64,000 nucleotides of DNA, taken from a virus. The position numbers and the translations under genes were made by a program. Position 1 is the stretch's first letter; every line of letters starts with the position of its first letter. Where the stretch lies: positions 1-64,000 of IMG/VR virus record IMGVR_UViG_3300030119_000552; one strand, given 5' to 3'. Shown in pieces: positions 12,419 to 22,673 of this stretch. A model generated the notes under the pieces. The model was not told where the DNA came from. It saw only the letters and a list, made by a program, of their open reading frames with translations, and made no database searches.

Positions 12419-12450
12419 AAAAAGACGAGAGTTTTCTCTCGTCTTTTTTT
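12419..12450 (+). terminator. intrinsic terminator, possibly bidirectional
   Basis: AAAAAGACGAGAG-TTTT-CTCTCGTCTTTTTTT. Confidence 0.9.
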
Positions 12451-12475
12451 ATAAAAACTACTTTTTATAATATTT

Positions 12476-12679
12476 ATGGACATGAAGAAGTATAACAAAA
12501 TAGATGTTATAAGAAGAATGGAAGACAGAGCATATCGTCTAAGACACCGAAGGAGTGAAGGATTTGACGATGAATCTTTAGTTTCTGAATGTATTATACA
12601 AGAAATAAAATATTTATTTAGAATGCTAGATAAGCAAACTCAGAAAGAAGTATTAAACAAACCATGGCTAGATCAATAA
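12476..12679 (+). CDS. hypothetical protein
   Basis: ORF following an ATATTTAT motif. Confidence 0.65.
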   Translation: MDMKKYNKIDVIRRMEDRAYRLRHRRSEGFDDESLVSECIIQEIKYLFRMLDKQTQKEVLNKPWLDQ

Positions 12680-13362
12680 ATTACGTATTTGATGTTGACG
12701 GAACTCTTACTCCCAGTAGATTAAGAATGGATAACGAGTTTAGAAAGTTTTTTAGAAACTGGATAAAAGACAAAAATGTTTACCTTTTAACTGGTTCAGA
12801 CCACGATAAAACAATAGAACAGGTAGGTGTAGATGTTTGGAGAGAAGTAACCGAGTCGCACCAATGTGGTGGTAATGTAGTATATAGACAAGGTGATTTA
12901 ATTGAAGTTAGTAAGTGGCAACCAAGTAAAAGTTTAATTGATACTTGTCAAAATCTGATTGATATTAGTAAATATCCTGTTAAAGCAGGTAATCACATAG
13001 AAGAACGTGTGGGTCTTCTTAATATTAGTGTAGTTGGTAGAAATTGTACACAAGAACAACGAATTGCCTACAATGAATGGGACAATTTGAATCGTGAACG
13101 TGAGTTTATATGTAAATCACTTACAACCATGTTTCCCGAATTAGAAGCAACTGCTGGTGGTCAAATAAGTATAGACATACATGAGTATGGAAAAAACAAA
13201 TCTCAAATACGAAGAAAACTTGATGGTGTAATTTATTTCTTTGGAGATAAAACTGAGAAAGGTGGTAACGATTATCCAATTGCAAGTATACTAGAAGAAC
13301 CAGACAAAGTATTCCAAGTAGATGATTGGGAGCATACATATAAGCTTTTAAAGGAAATTTAA
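12664..13362 (+). CDS. HAD-IIB phosphomannomutase (eukaryotic PMM type)
   Basis: FDVDGTLT, TGSD, GGQISID, FFGDKT..GGND. Confidence 0.88.
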   Translation: MARSINYVFDVDGTLTPSRLRMDNEFRKFFRNWIKDKNVYLLTGSDHDKTIEQVGVDVWREVTESHQCGGNVVYRQGDLIEVSKWQPSKSLIDTCQNLIDISKYPVKAGNHIEERVGLLNISVVGRNCTQEQRIAYNEWDNLNREREFICKSLTTMFPELEATAGGQISIDIHEYGKNKSQIRRKLDGVIYFFGDKTEKGGNDYPIASILEEPDKVFQVDDWEHTYKLLKEI

Positions 13363-13364
13363 TT

Positions 13365-13814
13365 ATGGCAGAAAAACTTATTAAAGGATTTACTTGTGGA
13401 GCAATGGACGTATTTCATGCGGGTCATGTGCTTATGATGGAAGATTGTAAACGTCATTGTGATTATTTAATTGTAGGTCTTCATACAAATCCTCAATTAG
13501 ATCGTGCAGAAAAAAACAAACCAATTCAATCGGTTGTAGAAAGATATATACAACTTCGTGGAAGTAAGTTTGTTGATGAAATTATTCCATACGAAACCGA
13601 ATCGGACTTGATTGAGATACTAAAAGGAATTGATTACGATATTAGGTTTGTAGGTGACGATTGGAAAGATAAACCATTCACTGGACATGATTTACCTGGA
13701 CATCTTGATAAGGTAATGTATAATTCTCGTAAGCACGATTATAGTAGTTCTGCACTAAGACATAGAGTTGCTGAAGGTGAATTGAGAGAAAAGAAGTCTA
13801 AAAACAACAAGTAA
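13365..13814 (+). CDS. TagD-like cytidylyltransferase
   Basis: D.FHAGH (HxGH), DYLIVGL, RKHDYSSS. Confidence 0.88.
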   Translation: MAEKLIKGFTCGAMDVFHAGHVLMMEDCKRHCDYLIVGLHTNPQLDRAEKNKPIQSVVERYIQLRGSKFVDEIIPYETESDLIEILKGIDYDIRFVGDDWKDKPFTGHDLPGHLDKVMYNSRKHDYSSSALRHRVAEGELREKKSKNNK

Positions 13815-13879
13815 TAAACAATATATATTATACTTAATAATAACAAGGGTTATGTCAACTTCCTACAAGGAGATTGGTG

Positions 13880-14344
13880 ATGAGTCTTGTTATATTTATA
13901 TGTCCAGAAAATCAGTATCTATCAAAGTATTGTGAAGCATTTTACAATTATATAAACTTTGGTTACATTAAAACACACTCATGGGCAAACCAATCTGGAT
14001 CATATGTATCACGCAAACGAGTTGCGATGTGTAGACTTCCAATGAAGAAAAACATTCCATCTAAAACTCAAATGAAAGCAAATGATGTTACACTTGAGAG
14101 AATTTATAGAAAAGTTATAAGCAACGATTGTTATGATCACTCGTACTATAAGTTAGAAGAACAAGAATTAGAGGACAATGCAGTTGTTGTGTTTTTAACT
14201 GACAATCGTAACCCTCAGAGTGTTCCCTCGTATTTAAGCAAAACTGATGTTATAGTTTGGAAGATGTCAAAAATAAATAATATAACCAATTCAAAATGGG
14301 AGTTGATTGAGAAACTGATAAGGAAAATGCTCAAGAAGGATTAG
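13880..14344 (+). CDS. hypothetical protein, weak resemblance to a degenerate LMW phosphatase
   Basis: AAGGAG ribosome-binding site. IFICPENQYLS resembles the CxxNxCRS loop but lacks the Arg. Confidence 0.5.
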   Translation: MSLVIFICPENQYLSKYCEAFYNYINFGYIKTHSWANQSGSYVSRKRVAMCRLPMKKNIPSKTQMKANDVTLERIYRKVISNDCYDHSYYKLEEQELEDNAVVVFLTDNRNPQSVPSYLSKTDVIVWKMSKINNITNSKWELIEKLIRKMLKKD

Positions 14345-14696
14345 ATGGTGTATATACTATTCTGTGTATACCTTCTATTTCCTTTCCCTTACCATCCAAC
14401 TTCACAGTCTTGTCAGATATTCTTGCAACTTGTTTTATTTCAGTTGAACCTAATTCTTCTAGTTTTGTTTTTAGTGCTTGAGCAGGATTAATTGGATTTT
14501 CTCCACGGGCTGCTTTTCTTTTGCTGAGTGATTCGTTATGCTTTTTTGAAGTTTCATCTGCTGAAAAGTAGACTACTTCTTCTGCCAAGTCGTTAATTTT
14601 GTCTTCAAATATTGGCTCGGCAATTACGTGTGTAATTCCATTGTCTTTGAGATACTTTGCCAATCCCTCTTTTGTAAAGTAATGCATGATGTTCAT
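14331..14696 (-). CDS. hypothetical protein
   Basis: ORF downstream of the large zincin gene. Confidence 0.7.
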   Translation of the reverse strand: MNIMHYFTKEGLAKYLKDNGITHVIAEPIFEDKINDLAEEVVYFSADETSKKHNESLSKRKAARGENPINPAQALKTKLEELGSTEIKQVARISDKTVKLDGKGKEIEGIHRIVYTPSNPS

Positions 14697-14720
14697 GCGA
14701 ATATATATGTATGTATTTTT

Positions 14721-17423
14721 CTAATCGTACAAATTGCCTACGATTTCACCAAAATTTCTCATAATAATACCAGCACAAGCATTTGCTTCGTTCTCAATGT
14801 CACTTCCTGTTTGTCCACTATCCACTTCAAGAACACCTAATTCGTTTTGCTTTTGATGAACTAGTTCGTGTGCAATGCTTCTGCATATATCTGCATATGC
14901 TCTGCCTTTTGTATATATAGAAATCTCATTTGTGTTTGGGTCATAGCAAGCAGCCGTCATATTCTCATGTCTTTTTTCCAAAAGTTTTACCGATACCTTT
15001 TCTTTTAATTGCAATGCGTTTTTTGCAAACTTGATAAACTCATGAACATTGTCTTTGTTCATTGCGACTTCGTTTAATGCTTCTTTTATATATTTCATAT
15101 CTGGATGTTTGGTATCTGAATTGTTTTTGGAAATTATTTTGTTGTTAGAAAAGGATTCCGCAGGAATATCATTGCCAAGATACATTGCTTTGAATTCCTT
15201 GAACCATTGTTCAAATGTAAAGTCTCCGATTCGCAATCCATAGTCGTGGATAGTTTGTTCTTTAAAGTGATTTGCAACTCCACCTATAAAGTGATAATAA
15301 CTTCCACTTTTTTGTACTTTGACATTTGGAAATCCTTTGTCTTTTAACATTTTGGAAACTTGTGCACCTGATTTAGGTGATGACTTCATATTGATTTCTT
15401 GTATCTTCATTTCGTTTATATTTGCTCCACCTGTTCTAACAATTTCACGAAAGAACCAACGAGTCCACTCTCCGAGTTTACCGGGTCCTCTCACTATATA
15501 TAGTTTAAATGCTTCTGCAAATGCTTCCTCTGCATTTGTATTTCCGTAACTTGTGATGTGTTCTATTGGTATTTCTTTACCGGGACCAACCCAACGATCA
15601 CTTAACTTTGTTGCAACTTCTTCTCTGTTGTATGTTGAATAAACTGGTGTCATTTGTAATGCCTTGAACTTTGCTTTGGTCTCGGCGTTGGTTTCTTTTT
15701 TATCAATGACTTTTAATCCTGCTTTTCTTTTGTAAAGTCTTTCTCCGTGTTTATTAAAATACTTTTTAACATACTCATCAACATCTTCAAAATCTATTGC
15801 TACCTTTTTGCTTTTGATTGTATCTTGCCAATGTTTCTTTGCGTTAGATGGAAGTTCACGATACCAAAAACGATGACCGAGTTCATGTGTGAACGTATCT
15901 TGTGTCATTCCTGCTCCGTATAACTTGAGCATATCTTTGTTCATATAATACTCACCGCTTACCATATCTCCACCTTCACCCGTTAATCCGAAATCGATAT
16001 CTACGGTCAATCCTTCTATGCATTTTCCAAATCCTGCTTTTTGGATTTTCTTTGACCAACTTTTGATTCCATCTACAAGTTGCTTGAAACTTCTTTCACG
16101 ACTTGCTTCTCCTTGTTCACTTCCACCTTTTCTTTTGAAGTTATGAATAACCAACTTGACTGGTCCTATTTGTGCTTGCTCAATTGGTTTTTCTCGTTCT
16201 TGGTCACCATTAATTGCAATGTACTGAAGAAGTGCGTTTATACCTTCACGAAACGCCGCACGATACCTTCTAATATTTTTTTCTCGTTCTCTTGCAAGTA
16301 TTTGTGGACTTACACGATGTTTTTTAGTTTGAAAGTCCCACATCTCTGGAAAGTTACCACCAAGACTTGTAACTGCTCTCCAGCATTTTTCACGAACTTC
16401 TTTTTCTTCCCAAGTTTCAACTCTTTCTTTTGAACCAATCCATTTGTATTGTAAAAAGAATTTGTAAACCCAATCTTCAAAGTTTTGCTGAAATGTACCA
16501 AATGCTCTTCTTACTTTTTTAAAGTCTTTGATTGTTTGTGGGTCTTCACTATTATCACCGATTTGCTTATATGCTTTAGTAAGAACTCTTAAATCCTTCG
16601 ACCACTTTTTAATAGAGTTAGTATCAACCTTAATTGTGTCTTCCGAAATGATTTCCGATAGATTCCCTTTTTGTATATACATATATAAATTTGCCAATCG
16701 TTTTTTAAATTTCTTTAAATACTTTTTGTCGATATATGTTAGAAAGTCACGATCAAAGAATTGTACATCTATTACCCACGATTGAAATGCTTTGTAACTC
16801 TCCAAACGTTTCTTTTTAAAGTCATCTGGTAGATTTTTCCACATACGAACAATCTGATTTTGTCCTTCTTGGTAGTATGCATTAAATTCTTCAGGTGTAT
16901 TGTAGTATCCTTCTATATCTTGTGTATCTAAGTACTTGGCACTTGTTTTGCTTAAACCACGACTACGATACCTTAAATGATCAAGAAAGTGTATATATTC
17001 GTGAATGAATGTATCCTTATCAAGACGAGTATCCATATACTTGCCATTATAATCACCAATTAGATTTGCATTTACAATTACACCTTTAAATGATATTCCA
17101 CCGACTTTCAAACTTTTGTTTGTAAAACCACCGGCGATTGTTACTCCACCACGTGATGTACTTTTTGTTGGAATGAAAAATAATACCACTTCACTTAAAG
17201 ACGGAAAGTTTTTGTCTATGTCTGTTCCTCTAAGAGCAACACCTTTCCATTGTGTAAGTGGAATGAAAGGTTTATTTACTATACTATTCTCACCTTCACC
17301 TTCTAATTTATCTTTATGTTTAGTTAAAAACCGTACCACTTTATCATATGCTTTTTCGGCAATACCTGTATAATATAGGTCATTCTCTATATTTGCTTCT
17401 TTAATGTGGGTACTATTCATCAT
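14721..17423 (-). CDS. 900-aa multidomain protein with three zincin (HExxH) metallopeptidase domains; probable virion-internal protein
   Basis: HEYIH..EFNA, HELGH..EAFAE and HELVH..ENEAN, with (L/I)xE-rich linkers between them. Confidence 0.75.
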   Translation of the reverse strand: MMNSTHIKEANIENDLYYTGIAEKAYDKVVRFLTKHKDKLEGEGENSIVNKPFIPLTQWKGVALRGTDIDKNFPSLSEVVLFFIPTKSTSRGGVTIAGGFTNKSLKVGGISFKGVIVNANLIGDYNGKYMDTRLDKDTFIHEYIHFLDHLRYRSRGLSKTSAKYLDTQDIEGYYNTPEEFNAYYQEGQNQIVRMWKNLPDDFKKKRLESYKAFQSWVIDVQFFDRDFLTYIDKKYLKKFKKRLANLYMYIQKGNLSEIISEDTIKVDTNSIKKWSKDLRVLTKAYKQIGDNSEDPQTIKDFKKVRRAFGTFQQNFEDWVYKFFLQYKWIGSKERVETWEEKEVREKCWRAVTSLGGNFPEMWDFQTKKHRVSPQILAREREKNIRRYRAAFREGINALLQYIAINGDQEREKPIEQAQIGPVKLVIHNFKRKGGSEQGEASRERSFKQLVDGIKSWSKKIQKAGFGKCIEGLTVDIDFGLTGEGGDMVSGEYYMNKDMLKLYGAGMTQDTFTHELGHRFWYRELPSNAKKHWQDTIKSKKVAIDFEDVDEYVKKYFNKHGERLYKRKAGLKVIDKKETNAETKAKFKALQMTPVYSTYNREEVATKLSDRWVGPGKEIPIEHITSYGNTNAEEAFAEAFKLYIVRGPGKLGEWTRWFFREIVRTGGANINEMKIQEINMKSSPKSGAQVSKMLKDKGFPNVKVQKSGSYYHFIGGVANHFKEQTIHDYGLRIGDFTFEQWFKEFKAMYLGNDIPAESFSNNKIISKNNSDTKHPDMKYIKEALNEVAMNKDNVHEFIKFAKNALQLKEKVSVKLLEKRHENMTAACYDPNTNEISIYTKGRAYADICRSIAHELVHQKQNELGVLEVDSGQTGSDIENEANACAGIIMRNFGEIVGNLYD

Positions 17424-17484
17424 CTATAAATATATACATTCTTATTAAATTGACTATTTTAAGTGTGTATGTAATACTATCATA

Positions 17485-18501
17485 ATGTCTGTTGATACTA
17501 AACCTTTTTTTGAAGATATTACGATACCTTATCTTAATTCAATTGTTAATGGTGATTGTTATGAACTTTGTAAAGAACTTCCACCAAATTCCATTGATTG
17601 TGTCATTACGTCACCACCGTATTTTCAGCAAAGAGATTATGGAAGTAGTGTTGGTGAAGAGGAAACAATAGACGAATATATATACTCGTTAACCAAGGTT
17701 GTAAAAGAACTCGTAAGAGTTGTTAAACCAACAGGTAGTATTCTATATAATATCGGAGACAAGTATTTGCCCAACGATGGACTTCAACTTATTCCATATA
17801 AGTTTGCGGAACACATTAAAAATGAACTTAATTTATATTTGGTGAATGTTATTCAATGGCATAAAACGAACCCAACTCCTCATCAATGTAAAACAAGACT
17901 TGTTAATTCTACCGAACCTTTTTTTCACTTTGCATTAGAAAAAGGTTATTACTACAACAAAGATGAATATGAAAAAACTGATATTGATTTAAGTTGCAAT
18001 CGGTCTGATACAAAAGGGCTAAAATATCTTGATATGCTGAGTGAATCTGATTTATCTAATTCTGAAAAGATATATGCTGAACAAGAAATCAATAAAGTTA
18101 TCAATGAATATAGACAAGGTGAATTATACGACTTTCGTATAAAGATTCGTGGTGTTCATGCACCTGCTTATGGTGGTCAGCAAGGTGGAAGAACAAATCA
18201 ATTAAGAAACCAAGGATTCACCATTATTCGTATGCACGGACAAAAAATGAAAACAGATGTATTGAGTCACGCAGTTGGTAATCATAAAAATACAAATCAT
18301 TCTGCGATGTATCCAAGTTCTTTGATTGAAAGAATCATTCCGTTGGTATGTCCTGAAAATGGTATTGTTATTGATCCTTATATGGGAAGTGGTAGTACGG
18401 CAATTGCTTCTCAAAATCTAAATAGAAACTTTATTGGATTTGAACTTAACTCGGAGTACTGTGTGTTAGCCAATAATCGAATAAAAAAGAACCAACCCTA
18501 A
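17485..18501 (+). CDS. N4C/N6A DNA methyltransferase (beta motif order)
   Basis: TSPPY before DPYMGSGST. Confidence 0.92.
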   Translation: MSVDTKPFFEDITIPYLNSIVNGDCYELCKELPPNSIDCVITSPPYFQQRDYGSSVGEEETIDEYIYSLTKVVKELVRVVKPTGSILYNIGDKYLPNDGLQLIPYKFAEHIKNELNLYLVNVIQWHKTNPTPHQCKTRLVNSTEPFFHFALEKGYYYNKDEYEKTDIDLSCNRSDTKGLKYLDMLSESDLSNSEKIYAEQEINKVINEYRQGELYDFRIKIRGVHAPAYGGQQGGRTNQLRNQGFTIIRMHGQKMKTDVLSHAVGNHKNTNHSAMYPSSLIERIIPLVCPENGIVIDPYMGSGSTAIASQNLNRNFIGFELNSEYCVLANNRIKKNQP

Positions 18502-18531
18502 GATTGGTTCTTTAGAAGACTCTTTAAAGAA

Positions 18532-19488
18532 TTAAAGTGTCTGAACTATTTGTGCGATTGTAGATGCAAAGGTAATTTCCTTATCAACCACCAAACTATC
18601 GTGATAGGTTTGTTGGTCAAGAAGAATTACAATACTTGCACTTTTGCCCGATGCGTATTCATCTACATTATCAAACAAAAACTTATATACATCGGTGAAG
18701 TCGTTTATTTGCTCATCGGCAATTAGTTGTCGTGCATCTTTCCATGCAGTTTTTTTATCTTTGGATGCAGTTTTTAGAATGTCCAACAATTTTAGTTTAT
18801 AGTCACCTTCAATAAGATCATCTTTGACAATCTCAAGTGTACCCTTAATACTATTTTGTTGTGCATTGTTGATTACCTTACGGATGTCTGGATAACCTTT
18901 ATTGACAAGCAATGCAATATCATCAGGTTGTGCTTTAACAGATTCCTTTGCAAGAATCTTTGCAAGATGAACTGCAACATCTTTACGATTGGGAGGAACG
19001 ATGTTGAATGTTTGGCAACGACTGACAATCGGTTCAATTATTTTTTCGTGGTAATTACAAGTAAGAATAAAACGAGTAGTAGCACTGAACTGCTCCATAA
19101 GATTTCTTAAAGCAGCCTGTGCATTACCTGTAAGAAAGTCACACTCATCAAGTAGAATAATCTTGAGGTCATTGAAACCCATACTACTTGCGAAAGACTT
19201 AATCTTTGTACGAACGGTATCTACATTGTTTTCGTCACTTGCGTTGATGTACAAATAATCACACGGAACTTGTTTGGTAATCAACTTACCTAAAGTTGTT
19301 TTACCCGTACCTGCTTTGCCATACAAAAGCAAATGAGGAATATCTTTAGTTTCAATCCAAGATGCTACTCGTTTCTTAAGAGGTTCGTTCCCAATATAAT
19401 CGGGTAAGTCTTTGGGTCTGTATTTTTCAACCCAAAGACTATTTTCCGATTCAACTGGAGACTGCGATGTTTCCTCTAAGAAATTCAT
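18532..19488 (-). CDS. clamp loader ATPase (T4 gp44 / RFC-like)
   Basis: WVEKYRP, GKAGTGKT, DECD, SRC. Confidence 0.95.
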   Translation of the reverse strand: MNFLEETSQSPVESENSLWVEKYRPKDLPDYIGNEPLKKRVASWIETKDIPHLLLYGKAGTGKTTLGKLITKQVPCDYLYINASDENNVDTVRTKIKSFASSMGFNDLKIILLDECDFLTGNAQAALRNLMEQFSATTRFILTCNYHEKIIEPIVSRCQTFNIVPPNRKDVAVHLAKILAKESVKAQPDDIALLVNKGYPDIRKVINNAQQNSIKGTLEIVKDDLIEGDYKLKLLDILKTASKDKKTAWKDARQLIADEQINDFTDVYKFLFDNVDEYASGKSASIVILLDQQTYHDSLVVDKEITFASTIAQIVQTL

Positions 19489-20213
19489 TAATCGGTTGTT
19501 TGAACTTCAACCAAATAATAACTGCTACGAAAGTCACCCACTTCAAACTCAATGCTCGCAATTCCCTTGGAACTTACATTCAACACACTCTTTTCAGAGT
19601 CACTGTTGGCATTTAGAATTTCCTTAAGATACTTTGCGGAAAAACTTATGGGATCATCAAGTGTTCCCTTACCTTCATTGATGGCACTAAGAGATACACG
19701 ATTGCTATTGATTGTAGAATAACCAATTACCAGTTGAATGCCGTCTTTATTAGGCACAATGGTAAATGTGTCACAATCACTCAACGCACTTGCTGAACGA
19801 ACGAACTTCTTTGCAAAGTCGTTGCTAAAAGGAATTTGCAAATCAAATTCTGGCAAATCCTTTAGAGCAGGAACATTGGGGATTACTGCTAAGTCAGCAA
19901 GCATGAAGTTGACGCTAGTCGTGTCATCCGACACACCAATACTAACATTCTTTTCGTTCTTTTCAACGACTTCAACATTAATATCGTCACCAACAACAGA
20001 CAGTAACTGCTTTAACTTTGCAGTATCATAAACTCCTACTTCACCTTCTCCCAGTTCAAAATCCTTTACAGATACTTGACCAAGAACACTCTTGTCATCA
20101 GTGATAAAGGTGGTTTCGCATACGTTGTCTCCGTTGGTTTCCCACTTAACTGCTTCTACGTTACCATTAAGATTGTAACGTGAAATGAATTGTAGTACTT
20201 TTTCTTTTTTCAT
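19488..20213 (-). CDS. DNA sliding clamp (gp45-like)
   Basis: 241-aa acidic beta-rich protein, GVYD...L motif, coupled to the clamp loader. Confidence 0.75.
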   Translation of the reverse strand: MKKEKVLQFISRYNLNGNVEAVKWETNGDNVCETTFITDDKSVLGQVSVKDFELGEGEVGVYDTAKLKQLLSVVGDDINVEVVEKNEKNVSIGVSDDTTSVNFMLADLAVIPNVPALKDLPEFDLQIPFSNDFAKKFVRSASALSDCDTFTIVPNKDGIQLVIGYSTINSNRVSLSAINEGKGTLDDPISFSAKYLKEILNANSDSEKSVLNVSSKGIASIEFEVGDFRSSYYLVEVQTTD

Positions 20214-20220
20214 AATTTAT

Positions 20221-20249
20221 ATAATAGTTTTTTTTGGTTTGCTTGTCAA
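20221..20249 (-). promoter_or_regulatory. sigma70-like promoter, probably leaderless transcript
   Basis: TTGACA-N17-TATTAT, with the -10 box 7 nt before the ATG. Confidence 0.75.
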
Positions 20250-20253
20250 CAAA

Positions 20254-20511
20254 TTAATCATCTGTTTCTTCAGAAGTTTTGATTGTTTCGTAACTATACC
20301 CATCTGTGTTGTTTGCACATTTCATTACTAATTCATGTACATAATGATTCAAGTCTTCCACAGAAATCGTAGATACATTTTTTTCTTTCTTTATCATGTC
20401 AATAAATTCATCATTGACTTCAAAAGTAAGTTCTGACTTGCCTTCTTCATCTGGTTCTACACTTAATACTTTAATGTGTGGTGTTTTATTTTCCGAGGTC
20501 GATTTTTCCAT
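20254..20511 (-). CDS. hypothetical protein
   Basis: ORF in operon. Confidence 0.7.
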   Translation of the reverse strand: MEKSTSENKTPHIKVLSVEPDEEGKSELTFEVNDEFIDMIKKEKNVSTISVEDLNHYVHELVMKCANNTDGYSYETIKTSEETDD

Positions 20512-20872
20512 CTGTAACCATGCTCCTTAGTTGTGTGGGTAGTAATTTTATTTCTTTGTTCTTTGTATTTTTTAGTACAAGGTGATGACTATGAGTTTTT
20601 GCTTCCATGAAACTTTCAACATCAAAGAAATGAATGTCATCCAAGTAAGAAACTTCAAGTATTCGTTCACCTGGTTTCATGCTATTAATAGGATATAATA
20701 TATGTTCGTACATATGATTGTTTATCATGATAACATGGCAATTCATAAACGCAGAATACAACTTATAAAATCTTTTTTCTCGTTGAACTTCGTATATAGA
20801 GCCCATAGGTGGATTATACCTTTTGGGTTTATCGTATTCTTCTTCTATGTCAAATAAGTCTTCGTAAAACAT
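20486..20872 (-). CDS. hypothetical protein
   Basis: ORF in operon. Confidence 0.7.
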   Translation of the reverse strand: MFYEDLFDIEEEYDKPKRYNPPMGSIYEVQREKRFYKLYSAFMNCHVIMINNHMYEHILYPINSMKPGERILEVSYLDDIHFFDVESFMEAKTHSHHLVLKNTKNKEIKLLPTQLRSMVTDGKIDLGK

Positions 20873-20912
20873 ATGTATATATTATAGTATATATGTATAT
20901 AAAAATCAACTA

Positions 20913-22031
20913 CTATTTTAGTAATTCATCTGGATTGAGTGGTATCAAATCACTCACCACAAACTCACCATCCTTACGAATAAGTTCATCGTCAAAGTAA
21001 ATTTCACCTCCACCATAATCTGGTCGTTGAATCTTCACCATATCCCAATGAACCTGTGAATCGTTTCCGTTGCTTGCATCGTCATAACATTGACCAGGTG
21101 TAAAGTGAAAACTTCCACCAATCTTTTCATCAAACAAAATGTCACGCATTGGGTGGACAACATAAGGATTAAATCCAATAGCAAACTCACCAATGTATCT
21201 TGCTCCGTCATCACTATCAAGAATCTCGTTTAGTGCTTCAGTGCTTGCATCATTATTTGCAGTTGCATTAATAATCTTTCCACTCTTGAATTCCAACCTA
21301 ATTCCGTCAAAGTCGCAACCACGATAAATTGTCGGAGCATTAAACTGAATGTGTCCTTCAACACTATTCTTTATAGGACAACTAAAAACTTCTCCGTCTG
21401 GAATATTATGTGTACCACCACAAGCAACTGCGTTGATATCTTTGATGGAGAAACGCAAATCGGTGTCATCACCTTTGATGTGAACCTTGTCCGCGTTCTG
21501 CATTCTTTTTTGTAGGTTGGTCATTCCAGGATTAAACTTGGCATAATCAAATGTACATACATCAAAGTAAAAGTTCTCAAATGCTTCGGTACTCATATTT
21601 GCTTGTTGTGCCATAGCAGGATGTGGCCATCTTAAAATACACCACTTGGTTTTGTTTACACGATAATCAAGATATGGTTTAGTAATCTTAGACATCATTG
21701 TTTTAATATCTGGATCAACATCACTTGTTTCGTATATATTATGAGAACCTGCGATAGCAATGTAAGCATCCATTTCTTGAATCTTGGGCATACTAAACTT
21801 CATAAAAATTTCCATTTGCTCTTTGGTTGCGTGAAGCATAATTTCACGACCTATACGACTCTGTGATGTTTGTACAAAAGGTATTCCTTCGTATTCACGA
21901 ACTGCACGAACGAGTGCAATTGTCATATTTTCCGGCACTTCTGTGTTGTCTATTAATACCTTTTCTCCTTTCTGTAAAGACACACTATGTCTTACAAGAA
22001 GATCTGCTAGTTTTGTATAATTTTGTTCCAT
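20913..22031 (-). CDS. aminopeptidase, peptidase M29 (AmpS / aminopeptidase T)
   Basis: [25 protein letters not shown]. Confidence 0.92.
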   Translation of the reverse strand: MEQNYTKLADLLVRHSVSLQKGEKVLIDNTEVPENMTIALVRAVREYEGIPFVQTSQSRIGREIMLHATKEQMEIFMKFSMPKIQEMDAYIAIAGSHNIYETSDVDPDIKTMMSKITKPYLDYRVNKTKWCILRWPHPAMAQQANMSTEAFENFYFDVCTFDYAKFNPGMTNLQKRMQNADKVHIKGDDTDLRFSIKDINAVACGGTHNIPDGEVFSCPIKNSVEGHIQFNAPTIYRGCDFDGIRLEFKSGKIINATANNDASTEALNEILDSDDGARYIGEFAIGFNPYVVHPMRDILFDEKIGGSFHFTPGQCYDDASNGNDSQVHWDMVKIQRPDYGGGEIYFDDELIRKDGEFVVSDLIPLNPDELLK

Positions 22032-22042
22032 AGTTTTCTTTA

Positions 22043-22636
22043 TTACACTAGATTATCAAAAAACCAAATATCCTGTGGTTCGTAATCGTCTTCGACATAT
22101 ATAGAATAATTTTTATCTATCATATAATTTTTAAAATCTTGCTCGTCAATTCCGTGGGTGGGTGTGTGTATTATTTCCATTTTAATCTTTGACGGTCTGA
22201 TTGAAAAATCGTAAGCATACAAAATTTTAGCATCTCTGCCTTCTATATCTATTTTTAGAAAATCAATGCTCTTTACATTATACTCTTCTATAATTGAATT
22301 TAATGTTTTTACATTTACATCAAAAGTAATAGTAGGCCAATCTGGATTCAACTTCATGTTATTTGTATCAAGGTTTGTATTTCCTACTCCACGTTTCCAC
22401 ATGAAATCACCTATTTCATTTTGCTCTAACCATTGTGCATCATAATTTATAAATTGAGTTGTTCCATTGTAATCTAATACTGCACTATTTTCATAAAAAC
22501 AATTTTCAAATCTTTTTAATTTAGATAGATACCAATTGTCTGGTTCTATGAATATACCTGACCAACCTTGTTCTGCTAAACCAACTAAAGTATTAAAATT
22601 AGAAGTTCCTATTTCTATAAAAAATTTACTAATCAT
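22043..22636 (-). CDS. FkbM-family methyltransferase
   Basis: [21 protein letters not shown]. Confidence 0.85.
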   Translation of the reverse strand: MISKFFIEIGTSNFNTLVGLAEQGWSGIFIEPDNWYLSKLKRFENCFYENSAVLDYNGTTQFINYDAQWLEQNEIGDFMWKRGVGNTNLDTNNMKLNPDWPTITFDVNVKTLNSIIEEYNVKSIDFLKIDIEGRDAKILYAYDFSIRPSKIKMEIIHTPTHGIDEQDFKNYMIDKNYSIYVEDDYEPQDIWFFDNLV

Positions 22637-22673
22637 TTAGAATAGTTTATATAAATATGTAAATATATACAAG

